NCBI RefSeq assembly: GCF_009914755.1
Contig: NC_060936.1
Source of the DNA: the human T2T-CHM13v2.0 reference genome, Homo sapiens
Reading direction: 5' to 3' (one strand)
Length of the DNA: 64,000 nucleotides
Shown here piece after piece: positions 1 through 11,939 of the stretch. A model generated the notes under the pieces. It saw only the letters and a list, made by a program, of their open reading frames with translations, was not told the origin of the DNA and did not search any database. How positions within the stretch are numbered: the stretch's first letter is position 1; each line of letters begins with the position of its first letter. The position numbers were made by a program, and so were the translations under genes.

Positions 1-215
1 TGGTGGGGTCGGGGGAGGGGGGAGGGATAGCATTGGGAGATATACCTAATGCTAGATGACACGTTAGTGGGTGCAGTGCACCAGCATGGCACATGTATAC
101 ATATGTAACTAACCTGCACAATGTGCACATGTACCCTAAAACTTAAAGTATAATAATAAAAAAAAAAAGTTAAAAAAAAAAAAAAAAAGAGATAACAAGA
201 AAGAAAAAAAAAAAA
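1..215 (+). mobile_element. LINE-1 3' UTR and compound poly(A) tail, L1HS pre-Ta-like (ACG/A type); element continues off the left edge
   Basis: G-rich tract GGGGTCGGGGGAGGGGGGAGGG; GATGAC-ACG-TTAGTGGG carries the ACG diagnostic; CCCTAAAACTTAAAGTATAATAATAAA followed by A-runs. Confidence 0.92.
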
Positions 216-459
216 TATACTGAGCAGACAGAACAGTGGGCATACAGAAAAGATAGTAATTTTAATTGTGATCAATGTAAAATCCTGCAATTAAATACAA
301 TTAATAAATATATTCTAGAGGATAAAAAAAAAAAAAACTGGAAAAAGTACTTCTTGAAACAATACTTACACATTTTATGTGCAATGCAACCTCATAGTTT
401 CTGTTCTTTTCTACTCTATTTGATTTACTAAATTGATCAACCTCAAATTTGAAAACATG

Positions 460-722
460 AATTAAATATCATTTCCTCTAGGAATCTTCCTTGACCTCAT
501 AAACTAGCTCATTGCTCCTGCTCTGTGATTTTACTAGATTTTGCACTTCCTGTATTGTAGCTCTAAATACATTTGGTGTTACGGTTTGTTTACTTTTCTG
601 CCCTTTTAAAGACTGAAAAATGCAGAGACATAGGCTTAGTGTCTATCTTACTATCATGCTTTCTGCATTGAATACAGTACTTGTCTTATGTTAAGTGCTT
701 AAAAATTAAAGTTGAATGATTT
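460..722 (+). mobile_element. L2 3' end fragment
   Basis: Degenerate match to the L2 tail (TTCCTCTAGGAATCTTCCTTGACC ... TAAGTGCTTAAAAATT..GTTGAATGA). Confidence 0.6.
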
Positions 723-1797
723 GGTAAGTGAAATCTAACCTATTTGAATTAATGACACTAAAAAATAAAGTTGTTGTGTTTGTTCTTGCTGTTGTTTAAA
801 TCCTAAGAATCCTACGGATGAATTATTTCAAATATATCTTCAAGAAAAGAAATAAGTACAAGAAAGTTTTAATGAAAAAATTTTAAATGATCATAATGAA
901 GAAAACAGAAAACACATCTTTTTGGCAACTCTCTCTACAAATGGCTATATTTCATCTTGTTTATACTATTGGTTATGGGTTATGAACTGCAAAATCCCAA
1001 TTTACACTGAGAGGATATCCTGAGAGTAACAGATTATCTCTAGCTATTGTTCCAGTGGAATGTGTCTGGAGAGAAATAAGGCATGTTACTTTATCATTTA
1101 AAAGTTAAAACAATTAGTCTTTCTTTTGGTACAAACATTTCAAAAAAGCTACATTCCAAATTGGTGAGTCAGGTAGAAATCAGAGGTTTGCTTATATTTA
1201 ATTAGGAGAATAAGTATTGCTCTTCACCCAGGCCATGGTGCCATTCTGTATTTTAACGTGACTTGCCAAGATTTTTCACACACATTTGTAACCTTGGTTT
1301 TAGCTATGTACAACCCTTTCATAATTTTCAGTAGTGAATTTATTGGGATTAGAAAAGAGAAGCTGGAAATGACTTCAGTGATACTTAAAATATATCTTTT
1401 TTGGCAAAAAACAATTTTCTCTCATTATTTTGGTTACTTTAAACACTGATTTATGAGAAATTCAATCCATTTGTTTTTATTTCATATATCACAAAAATGT
1501 TGTCACAAAAGAACTTTACAAACAGCCGTTTCCGCTCCCAGTAATATAGTGAAGCTTTGAATAGCCTATATTTTGTGTTAGGATTTTTGCCAAACACCAG
1601 GTTCCCAGTCAGATGACTCAGTACAGTGAAATGGATACAGACAAATATTATATGTTCCTTGGAATTATGTAGTATATACACGATATTAACAAAATGTATT
1701 TTCATATAAAGAAATAATTTTTGAGAGGGCCAATGTACATGGAAAAACACTAACTAAACAATTCCGTATTTTCAGCTGAAATAATCCTTACCCCATT

Positions 1798-2270
1798 TGT
1801 ATTAGGATAATCTCTGCTTCAAGGAAAAGAAAAACTTTAGAGACTTGCCTAACAGAGAAAGGTATTATCTCACATAATTTAGAGAAAACATTTAGAGACA
1901 GAAATTTAGAGAAAAATTGGTTTCTAAGTTGTTTAAGAAATTTGATGTCAAATGTGCTTTCTTTCCAGTCCTCAGGTCTGCCATCTTTCTTCCTCAGGAT
2001 GGTAAAGGTGTGGTTGCAGTGGTCCCTTATGTGACTATGTTTAGAAAAAGAAGAGACATTATAACTTTTTGTGCTCCACTCTTAGTGAGGAGGAAAATTT
2101 TTCTAAAGATGCTCTCCATCCCAGCAAACTTGTCATCAAGTCTTATTGGTGGAAACTGGGTTGCATGTTCTTTTTGAACCAAGAGCTGACAAGGAAAATG
2201 AGATTGCCTTTTGACCAATAAGGCTTATACTTTGGTTGGAGATGAAGTAGACTTCTTCTAAGGCACATAC
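1798..2270 (-). mobile_element. Old MaLR LTR (MLT1J/K/L-like)
   Basis: TGTATTAGGAT start; CCCAGCAAACTT..TCTTATTGG..AACTGGGTTGCATG and TTGACCAATAAGG motifs typical of antisense MLT1K-type LTRs. Confidence 0.6.
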
Positions 2271-3470
2271 ATAGCTGATTCATGAAGTTGATGAGGATCA
2301 TTACAGTTTCAAGTAATTAATATTAATTACAAACGGACCATTTTTTGGTAAAGAAAAAAGACTGTAAGTTTCACTAAATTGAGGAAATTATTATCTCTAT
2401 ATATGTTTCTTTCTTCATGCTCAAGCCACATTTTATGCACTGTCAGTGATTAGTTACAAATAAGAAATGAGAACAATTAGTAAGTTGAGAAATAGATTGA
2501 CAGAGGCACTTGAAGTCCATGGTTTGAAGTTCAGACTTCAATGAAGGACCATTATTAAACTTGATTTGGAGTCAGTTTAGAGTTCTGAAATAGAGTTACA
2601 TGGAATAAATGCCCGAGTAAGATGATTCTTGCTGCTCTTCCACAAAGTGGCACTGACCATGTTTACTTCACCCGCTTAGTCTATCTTCAACTTCAGTTGT
2701 GGATTTTCATCCCTGATAAGAAACAAGTGAGAATACTTGGACAATGACCTTCTTGATTTCATTTTCCCTTCTCCCACTTGCGTGGCTGAAAGGCAAGTTG
2801 AAAATATAAAATGGAGAGTGCTTAGCAGTTATGCTGGAGTGTGGGTTCATTCTGTGCTTTAATAAAAAACTTTAATACATCTTTTAGAATATTTTGAATA
2901 TTATAGAAATAAAAGCATGTTTCTTTAAAGTAAAAGATAAATATGAATTTCTTCCATACCACTCATCAGTCTTTTGATGGAAACTATACTCCATAAAATA
3001 ATGGAAAAATAAAACACAGATCTTTAGAAACAGAATGGCTACTCATCTGTAAAATGTGGAGATTTCATCAAATGATCTCTGATCTCTTTCAGGTGTAAAA
3101 GTTAATGAGTCCATTCAAGTAGATCTGTTTAAAAGCAGGAAAGAATATTATGTTTCACTTCTCTCACTTTTATTCTATCTAGAAAAACTTTCAATCCAAT
3201 TTTGGAATTTCTTTTGCTAGACGATTCATGGTTTACATTGAAAGAAAATGGATTTTAGCCCAGTTGGTTTCAGTGAATTAAATTTTACCATAAGAAATGT
3301 GAAAAAATACCTGCTTTTTTCAAATTCATAATATTGCCCCAGTTTCCAAAAGATCCAAGTATAAATAGTAATGAATTATATCAGATAAATCATAATTATA
3401 ATAACATATAGTAAAAGTACATTAACTTATGATTAACCTCCGATGCAATTTGAAATTAAAAACACAAGGT

Positions 3471-3783
3471 GGCCAAGAGCAGTGGCTCAAGCCTTTAATC
3501 CCAGCACTTTGGGAGGCCAAGGCGGGTGGATCACTAGGTCTGGAGATCGGAGATCTAGACCATCGTGGCTAACATGGTGAAACCCCGTCTCTACTAAAAA
3601 TACAAAAAAAAAAAAAAAAAAAAAAAAATTACCCGGGCGTGGTGGCAGGCGCCTGTAGTCTCGGGAAGCTGAGGCAGGAGAATGGCGTGAACCCGGGAGG
3701 CGGAGCTTGCAGTGAGCCGAGATCGGGCTACTGCACTCCAGCCTGGGTGACAGAGTGAGACTCTGCCTCAAAAAAAAAAAAAA
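3471..3783 (+). mobile_element. AluY with expanded middle A-tract
   Basis: GGAGAATGGCGTGAACCCGGGAGGCGGAGCTTGCAGTGAGC diagnostics; ~25-A linker; approximate TSD AAACACAAGGT / GAAACAAGGT. Confidence 0.93.
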
Positions 3784-4315
3784 GAAACAAGGTGTATTAA
3801 GTGAAAATTACTATCCATATTTGTAGCCTCATTGTTCTGGGATGGTTTATGCATGTGTGCACATGCACATGTGTACCTTTACCAGAACTTTTGTAAACGC
3901 TTTAATTTTACTTATTCTTTCTTTCATTTTTCACTGTTAAGATACGATAAACTCAAGTCAGAATGACTAAAATATTTTCAAGGACATGCCAAGAGAATTT
4001 AAGCAAACAGGGTGGCCAGTAACCAATGGGATTTTCAGTTCACCACTGCAATGGTATTGTACAAACATTGGAAGTATAGAGAACGTATTTTGCCTGGGAT
4101 TACCTTCTCCTCTTGCTCACCCCAGTAAATTCTTATCTTCAGATTTCTCATTATAAGTCTATTTCTGAAGATTTATTCTTACTTGATCAGATAAGTAACA
4201 AAATATCTAACAAAATGTCTTACAAAACCAGTTTTTCTGGCCTATGCTGGGAGATACATTATTACATGAATCAAGTATCATCCAAGTCAGTGTTGCCATA
4301 TGTCGCATTGGCTAC

Positions 4316-4662
4316 TTAGACTCAAAACAAGAGCAGATTATCTGGCCTCTGTCTCACGCTTCTTCCTGATGCATCTGTTTCTCTTAAATGATGCTGGAGT
4401 TATTTTCCTTATGCATATAGCTGCTTAATACTTTCTTTTATTTTACCTGGAATTCAGCATGAGGCGATACTTGGAATGGTTTAAAAACCTATCGTAATTT
4501 ACACATCTTTCACCCTCCTTTACTCTCCCACAAATTCTATATCCTACATTTTAGCCATGTTCAATGCTTTATTGTTTTCACATGCTCTTCACTCTGCCCT
4601 AATTGTTCTTTGCCTCCTCGACCTGTTCACCTTACAAATTCCTCATTCCATTCTTCAGAGCA
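4316..4662 (+). mobile_element. L2 fragment
   Basis: Pyrimidine-rich degenerate match to the L2 3' region. Confidence 0.45.
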
Positions 4663-6441
4663 GCAAATGATAGAAACAAAAGACCAAGAATCAAATGACA
4701 CAGGTTTTGATTTCTAAGTTTTTACCTATGTGATTAAATCTTGGAAGACTCTTCCTGCTTTCTGAAACTAAGTTTCTTAATGTGTAAAATAGACTTTAAA
4801 AGGAAAAGCATTGGAAAATGCTTTCCTTTAAAAGGAAAAGTAAAAAGGAAAAACTAAATACATGTTAATTTTGCTTTCCTTCTCTGATATACTCCAATGA
4901 TAATAGATCATTCTCTCTTTTTTTTTAAGGCTTTTTATTCAACATCTCTCCTTAGATTTTTGTTACATATGTAGTTTACAGCCAGTTATTGATTTTTCTG
5001 ATTTCACTGTATATATCGTGAAGAAAAATTTATATCAGACCTGTTTAACTTTTCAATATGTGAGACACTTATCAGGTATTTAATAAATTATTGTTCAATT
5101 AAAAATGAATAATATTTAATAATATTTAATAGTTTAATCAAAACATCAATACATACTGATAAATGCAAAACTAAAAGTGGTCAAAATATTTTATTGGTAA
5201 ATACTAAATTCATTTATATTAGCGTTACTTCAGAGTGTACATTTTTATAAATTAAAAACATTTTTTATGAGTTGCACAAATTTAGGGCGCTAAATATGAC
5301 TTCAACATCATCTGTTCTCCAAATATCAACTCTTAAACCTTTCAAAACCATTAAAATATACTTTTAAATTCATCCATTTTTTTGGAAAAAATCCTGATTG
5401 ATATTTCAAAATACTTCTATTGGATTTTATGAAATGGTGCATTGCTTGAATTTATAGTTAATAGATTAAATAGTTCCTAACAAAATGTGATATACCTTTT
5501 AAATTATAAACATAGTGCCAAGAGAGTTCTCTGTGCTCTAACATAAGTAAATTATAAAAATGGCAATAAGTATGATTGTTCCCCAAATTAGAGCAAAAAT
5601 GTTACAAACCTCAAGAAATAACCTTGAAAGTGGCTATTTATTTTTCCATTTATGCCTTCAGGGGACAAATTAAATGCAAGAACTAGACTAATTTTACAAT
5701 AGCCATAATCTATTATTTTAACTGATGGGGGAAAACACATGATAGAATTTAGCTAAACATCTACAGCCATATTGAGTATAATAATAATAATAATAACAAA
5801 TGTTTCTGTGTCCGAACTGAAGTTGTGCTCATTATTGAAGAGTGTTCTAAATTACAACACATCTGTTAAATCAACAGATGATCTCCTCTGTTGATATTTC
5901 TATGACACAAATTATTTTATCTGGCTTTTGTTTGAATATCAAGCCCATATGATTTTAGGGTCAATTACAATACATTATTCCCATATATGCCATGGCCATC
6001 TTATACTGGAGAATTCCTAAACTAACCAGAGCCAGCATCCCTGCTTTTTCAGTGTGGGCTGGGCTTAGTAACAGAAGTCAGGCAGTGCACAGAGGAAAGC
6101 AAAATTAAAAAAAAAAAAAATTCCTGACAAATGTCAAGTTTCTGATTTCACTTTCTTTCTAGTTCTGAATATATGCCTGTCCTTGGGCTCCATGAGGCAT
6201 CCCTGTGTCCTTATCTTATGTCTCCTGTTTCACTTAACCTGTGTCCTGTTGGTTTCTGTTACTTGCCACCAGTCTAACCACTGTGTTCTCTGTGTCAGGT
6301 TTAAAGGATTAAAGATAATCTACTTAAAATATTTTCAGGAGTTCTTTGCACATAGTAGATGTTCCTACAAATATAATTGTTTATATATAAGAATGCCAAT
6401 TGGATTACTATAAAACTACCATGTGAAAAATGTTAAAACTT

Positions 6442-6736
6442 GGCCAGGCAGTGTGGCTCACACCTATGATCCTAGCAATTTTAGAGGCTGAAGTGGGCAG
6501 ATCGCTTGAGCCTAGGAGCTTGATACCAGCCTGGGCAACATGGTGAGATCCCATCTCTAAAAAAAAGTACAACAATTAACTGGGCATGGTGGTGTGTGTC
6601 TGTAGTCCCACCAGGTAATCTAGCGGCATAGGTGGGAGGATCGCATAAGCCTAGGAAGTCGAGGCTGCCATGAGCCGTGATCACGTTACTGCACTCCAGC
6701 CTGGGTGACAGAGCAAGATCCTATCTAAAAAAAAAA
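6442..6736 (+). mobile_element. AluJ (Jo/Jr-like)
   Basis: GATCGCTTGAGCCTAGGAG and GTCGAGGCTGCCATGAGCCGTGATC J-type diagnostics; TSD GAAAAATGTTAAAACT (6425-6440) / GAAAAATATTAAAACT (6817-6832). Confidence 0.93.
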
Positions 6737-6740
6737 GTGT

Positions 6741-6744
<4 letters not shown>

Positions 6745-6790
<46 letters not shown>
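6745..6790. repeat. (TA)n microsatellite
   Basis: About 23 perfect AT units. Confidence 0.97.
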
Positions 6791-6793
<3 letters not shown>

Positions 6794-8540
6794 TAAAGAA
6801 GTATTGTCAGAAAAAAGAAAAATATTAAAACTGGACTAGAGTCCTGTCTGATAATATTACCAGAAGTGAAACAGACTCTTGGTTACTAGAGGTTCCATGA
6901 CACCTCAACATTGGTATTTAAACACATGTAGAAAAGCAAATGGCATCTCTACCTAGTATTCTTCATTAACCCTTCTTATCTTGGATAATTCTTCTTTCAT
7001 ATATATGCTGCTGCAAAGTGATTTTATGAAACATGTATAATTCTTTTATATGTCCCTTTGCAGTGTACAAACGGGAAGGAGTATGTTTAGGATTTCAGGT
7101 TTCCAGTAATAAAACAGTGAAAGCACATGACTGTGGTGATTCTCTGGGTGTTGCTTCATGCCTTTGCAATCGAAAAAATAAAAAAAGTAAGTCTAAAGGA
7201 TCTAGTACAGTAGCAAGAAAGTATAACACGTATGCCAGGTGTCATCCAAAAATTATTAAAATTTGATATTAAATGTTGGTTAGAAACCTATTATAGCAAA
7301 TATTCTTTTAGAAAATGCAGCTTTAAATATGAATGTTAAGGACCCTTAAAGACTTCATAGTCTAAATGAAAACAGATGAGAAAAATAACTAGCGTACAAT
7401 GTAACGATTCTATAGTAGAGCTGTAGTCACTAGATAATGACAGCATAGATCAAAAGGAATAAATTTGTGGCAGTCAACAGTAAGTTGATTTTTAAATACA
7501 AGAGTAGCACATTCCTTACTTGCTACTTTTTAATTGTATGTATATGGTCAGCTCTCTAGGATTCTTGCTTATTGGAAAAAAGGGATACTTTCTGCATAGC
7601 ACTAATGCCTTCCACTGATATAAAGATAAATACCAAAAATACCAGCTAGAAGTCTTGTTAGAAGTTGTCACAGGGGGAGCAATAATTGGATATGAATGTT
7701 CAAGGATTATAGTTTTTAAAATAAATACTTTGTGAAAGTAACCCTTGGTTATCACTAAAATATCAGCAATGATATTGACTTACCACATGGAATAAAAAGT
7801 CAATTCATTTTATTTGTTTATCAAAAAAAGTAATTCCAGAAAGTTATAGGGCCCAGTTTGGATTTGCAAATAACAGTACATTTCTATAATCAATATATAT
7901 CAGGATATTCATGAATGTAAGTCATTGTTGTCTGATTTTTTTAAAAAATGTGATTTGTGAAAAATTTAAAGGTCAGTTATGCTTGTCATTATTTATTTAA
8001 AATATTAGAGCCAAGATAACTACAAAGCAGAAGCATTTTGAATAACAGAAGCCGATTGCGAATAAAAAACAAATGCGAGATAAAGCAGTTAAACAGTTTC
8101 AATCACATTTTGGGAATTTTTCTTAAGTGCTTTTTACTCCTTTTAAAACTAGAGACAGAATTTTTTGTCTCTAGCATTTATTCAGATAAACCAAATTTAC
8201 CAAACTATCCAAGATTCATCTATAAAGAAGAACATACACAGAATTATGAATTAATGTTTCTCAAGAAAGGAATAGAAAATGCCAAAGTCATTAGAATAGT
8301 TTGTGTCCAAAAATTAATGAGATATGAAAAGCATCTATATGGCATGTTAACATAGTATCATTTACTTAAGGTCAACATACTGTCACTTAATATAGAAATT
8401 TGAGATAACCATCAAAGTTGATTTTTTGTTGTATAAATAACATTTCTAATTTATTCTGATACATCCATTTTCTGTACATATCCTGCCACATAAAAACATC
8501 CTGAATGACTGACCCTGGTAGAGAGTAAAAATTAAACAAA

Positions 8541-8885
<345 letters not shown>

Positions 8886-9157
8886 TTATAAAATGGATTG
8901 ATGAGAAAACATTAGGATAAATAAAACAGTGTAACTCCATTTGCCAAGTTAAAAAATGTCCTTACATCTGTTTTTCTTTGAGAATCATTATTTTCTAATT
9001 ATATAACTACTAACATAGATATTCTAAGAAGGATATTTTAATCTAATAAAGAAATTATTTCTACACAACTCAGGAATAATTATTATTAAACATTACTGTA
9101 AAGATAATTTACCCAATAAAAGGCTGCCAACCCATATGAAACAATTTCAGTGTTGCT

Positions 9158-9548
9158 CTTTTTTAATTTTTTTATTTCAATAGGTTTGGGGGGCACAGGT
9201 GGCATTTGGTTACACGGATAAGTTATTTAGTGGCGATTTCTGAGATTTTTGGTGCATTCATCCCTCGAGCAGTGTACACTGTACCCAATGTGTAGTCTTT
9301 TATCCCTTAACACCCTCCCACCCTATCCCCCGAGTCCCCAAAGTCAATTATATTATTCTTATGGCTTTGCATTCTCATAGCTTAGCTCACACTTATGAGA
9401 GAGAACATACAATGTTTGGTTTTCCATACCTGAGTTACTTGACTTAGAATAATGGTCTCTAATTCAATCCAGGTTGCTGTGAATGCAATTATTTCATTCT
9501 TTTCATGGCTGTATATAAATATATACACATACATTATGGAATACTACT
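9158..9548 (-). mobile_element. L1PB1-like 3' end
   Basis: Poly-T followed by GGATAAGTT..TTTAGTGGCGATTTCTGAGATTTT..GAGCAGTGTACACTGTACCCAATGTGTAGTC. Confidence 0.85.
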
Positions 9549-9636
9549 ATGATCGATCTATCTATATATATATACACACATCTATACACATATATATGTG
9601 TGTGTATATATATATATATATATATGTACACAAAAA

Positions 9637-9780
9637 CAGCTAATTTTTGTTTGTATTTTTAGTTCAGACAGGGTTTTACCATGTTGACCAGGCTAGTCTT
9701 GAACTTCAGACCTCAAGAGATCTGCCTGCCTCGGCCTCCAAAAGTGCTGGGATTACAGGCATGAGCCTCCATGCCCAGCC
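9637..9780 (-). mobile_element. Alu left arm only (AluS-like)
   Basis: CAGCTAATTTTTG ... AAGTGCTGGGATTACAGGCATGAGCC; right arm and tail absent. Confidence 0.88.
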
Positions 9781-10278
9781 CAGATCATGTGATTTTTGTT
9801 TTTAATTCTGTTTATGTGGTATATCACATTTATTGACTTGTGAATGTTAAACCATCCCTGCATCTCTGGTATGAAACCCAGTTGATCATGGTGGATTATC
9901 TTTTATATGCGCTGTTGAATTAAGTTAGCTAGCATTTTTGTTGAGGATTTTTGCATCTATGTTCACCAGATATATTGGTCTGTAGTTTTCTTCTTATTTT
10001 TATTTCCTTTCCTGGTTTGCGTGTCAGGGTGATACTGGCTTCACAGAATGATTTAGTGATTCTTCGTAGAATGATTCCCTCTCTCTCTGTCTTTTGGAAT
10101 AGTGTCAATAGATTGGTACCAATTCTTATTTGAATGTCTGATAGAATTCAACTGTTAATCTGTCTGGTCCTGGACTTTTTTGTTGGCAATTTTTAAAATT
10201 ACCATTTGAATCTTGCTGCTTGTTATTGGTCTGTTCATAGATTCTGTATCTTCCTGGTTTCATCTAGGAGGGTTGTAT
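9781..10278 (-). mobile_element. L1 ORF2 fragment (probably the same L1PB copy)
   Basis: TTAAACCATCCCTGCATC..GGTATGAAACCC and GTTGAGGATTTTTGCATCTATGTTCA are antisense L1 ORF2. Confidence 0.88.
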
Positions 10279-10349
10279 CAAAGTTGTTAATTTATTTCTT
10301 TGACTCAGTTAGGGTAAGAAAAGTAAGAATGGAGCTATCAGTCAATGCC

Positions 10350-10942
10350 TGTGGTGAACACAAACTTGGTAGTTCCTATGATTCCCACACCCCAGTTTCC
10401 ACCTCTTGAGTATTGATAAACCTGTGAACTACTTGTAACCAACAAAATATAGCAAAGGTGATTGCATATTATGCCCATAATTATGTTCAGTTCTTGCACA
10501 GGTGATTGGATTTTTCAGGTGTAATTATAGGCTTTAATCAATTGATTTTGAGATATAAAAAAGAGAGATTACCCTGATGGGCCTGGCCCAATCAAGTGAG
10601 TCCTCCAGAAGACAGTCTAGGTCTTCTTGGAAGGCAGAGGCTCCAAATGGGAGAGAATTTCTTGTTGCTGGCTTTGAAGAAGCAAGCTGCCCTGAATTTT
10701 GACAGACTCAAGGGATTAATTATGATGGAAAACCTAACAGGGCTTAGAAACTGGTCCTTTCCTAATCCAGCCTCCTGATAGGAACACAGCTCAGCTGGCA
10801 TCTTGAGAGACCCTAAACAGAGGGCCTAGTTAAGCTTTGTCCAGACTTGTGAACTATAGACACAAGAGAGGTGACAAAATGAGTACAGATTTAAACTGTT
10901 ATGTTTGTGGTGTTTTTTATATAGCATAGAAAAAGTAATACA
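10350..10942 (+). mobile_element. MLT1E-type MaLR solo LTR
   Basis: TG...CA termini; GCTGGCTTTGAAGAAGCAAGCTGCC, GAGACCCTAAACAGAGG and ATAGAAAAAGTAATACA. Confidence 0.8.
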
Positions 10943-11504
10943 AAACCTTCTTAGAAAAATTTTATTTAAAAAAAGCAAGTGTCCTTATATTTCCAAACCA
11001 ACCCTAGGCTTTTTAAATAAAGTATTCTAATGTTTCATTCATCTTTACTATAATGTGAAAGCAGTATATCTTTTGCTCATAGGCAAACACAATGATTTCT
11101 GCTTAAAGATGTTTAATGTTTCTTAGCTTCTTTCTCATTGATAAATACATGTTGTACTCCTCTGTGAAAGGCAGCAAAAGAAAAAGATGAAAGCATGGGC
11201 AGGACCTTCACGGTTTCCACTTGCATTGTTTTCTTCTTTCCTATATCAGTTTATTAGAATTTCTCCTTTAAATCACCTGAGATTCACAGCCTAAACTATA
11301 AGTCATTGCATTTTGATTTTTACTCACTTTCTTCCATGATAGTTAGACTCCAATGGAGGGGTGTAGATAATATTATTATATTACTTGTCAATATTAATGA
11401 ATTCCCTTCCATCAATCAATGCTAGAGCATTCTCTGGAAGGTCTGTATACTTGGTGGATCAGATTGGCATGACTTTTAACATTGTGCTGATTTTGAGCCC
11501 AGTG

Positions 11505-11655
11505 TTCTGGAGAAATTGCTTAAATTTTCTGAAACTCCATTTTATTACTTATAAAATGGGAATAATAATACCTTTATCATATTGGTGTTGTGACTAAAAT
11601 TCACAAAATATGTGACAGCACTGGCACTTATTAAGAGCTCTATATAGAGTAACCA
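11505..11655 (+). mobile_element. MIR fragment
   Basis: MIR core TATAAAATGGGAATAATAATACCT. Confidence 0.65.
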
Positions 11656-11764
11656 TGTCTGAAGACTTACCTTTTGTCAGTCACTGGGCTTGGCTCCCCT
11701 TCTTCCTCTCCCTCTCTCTCAGTAAGAATGCACATTTTATTATCATAATAAGGATACAAGATGA

Positions 11765-11892
11765 AGTTCCTTATTCCCATTATATGATGAGGAAATTGAT
11801 TTTCAAAAAAGTTAAGGGCTTTCCTGAGATTAAATGTATAGTGAAAGTCAAAACTAAGAAATGAATCTAAGACTAATTCCAGAGCTCTTAAA
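11765..11892 (-). mobile_element. MIR fragment
   Basis: Antisense core ATTCCCATTATATGATGAGGAAATTGA. Confidence 0.6.
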
Positions 11893-11939
11893 AATGTTCA
11901 TTGTGACTGTTCTGCCTATGTCCTCTCATCATCTCATAA

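Noticed and set aside
1-26. G-quadruplex motif
   Set aside because: Standard L1 3' UTR G-tract, not locus-specific.
4113-4319. Two ORFs sharing SGLCWEI.YYMNQVSSKSVLPYVALAT (also 20136-20378)
   Set aside because: The shared peptide only reflects the 82-bp DNA copy and similarity stops at its edges, so it is not a gene family.
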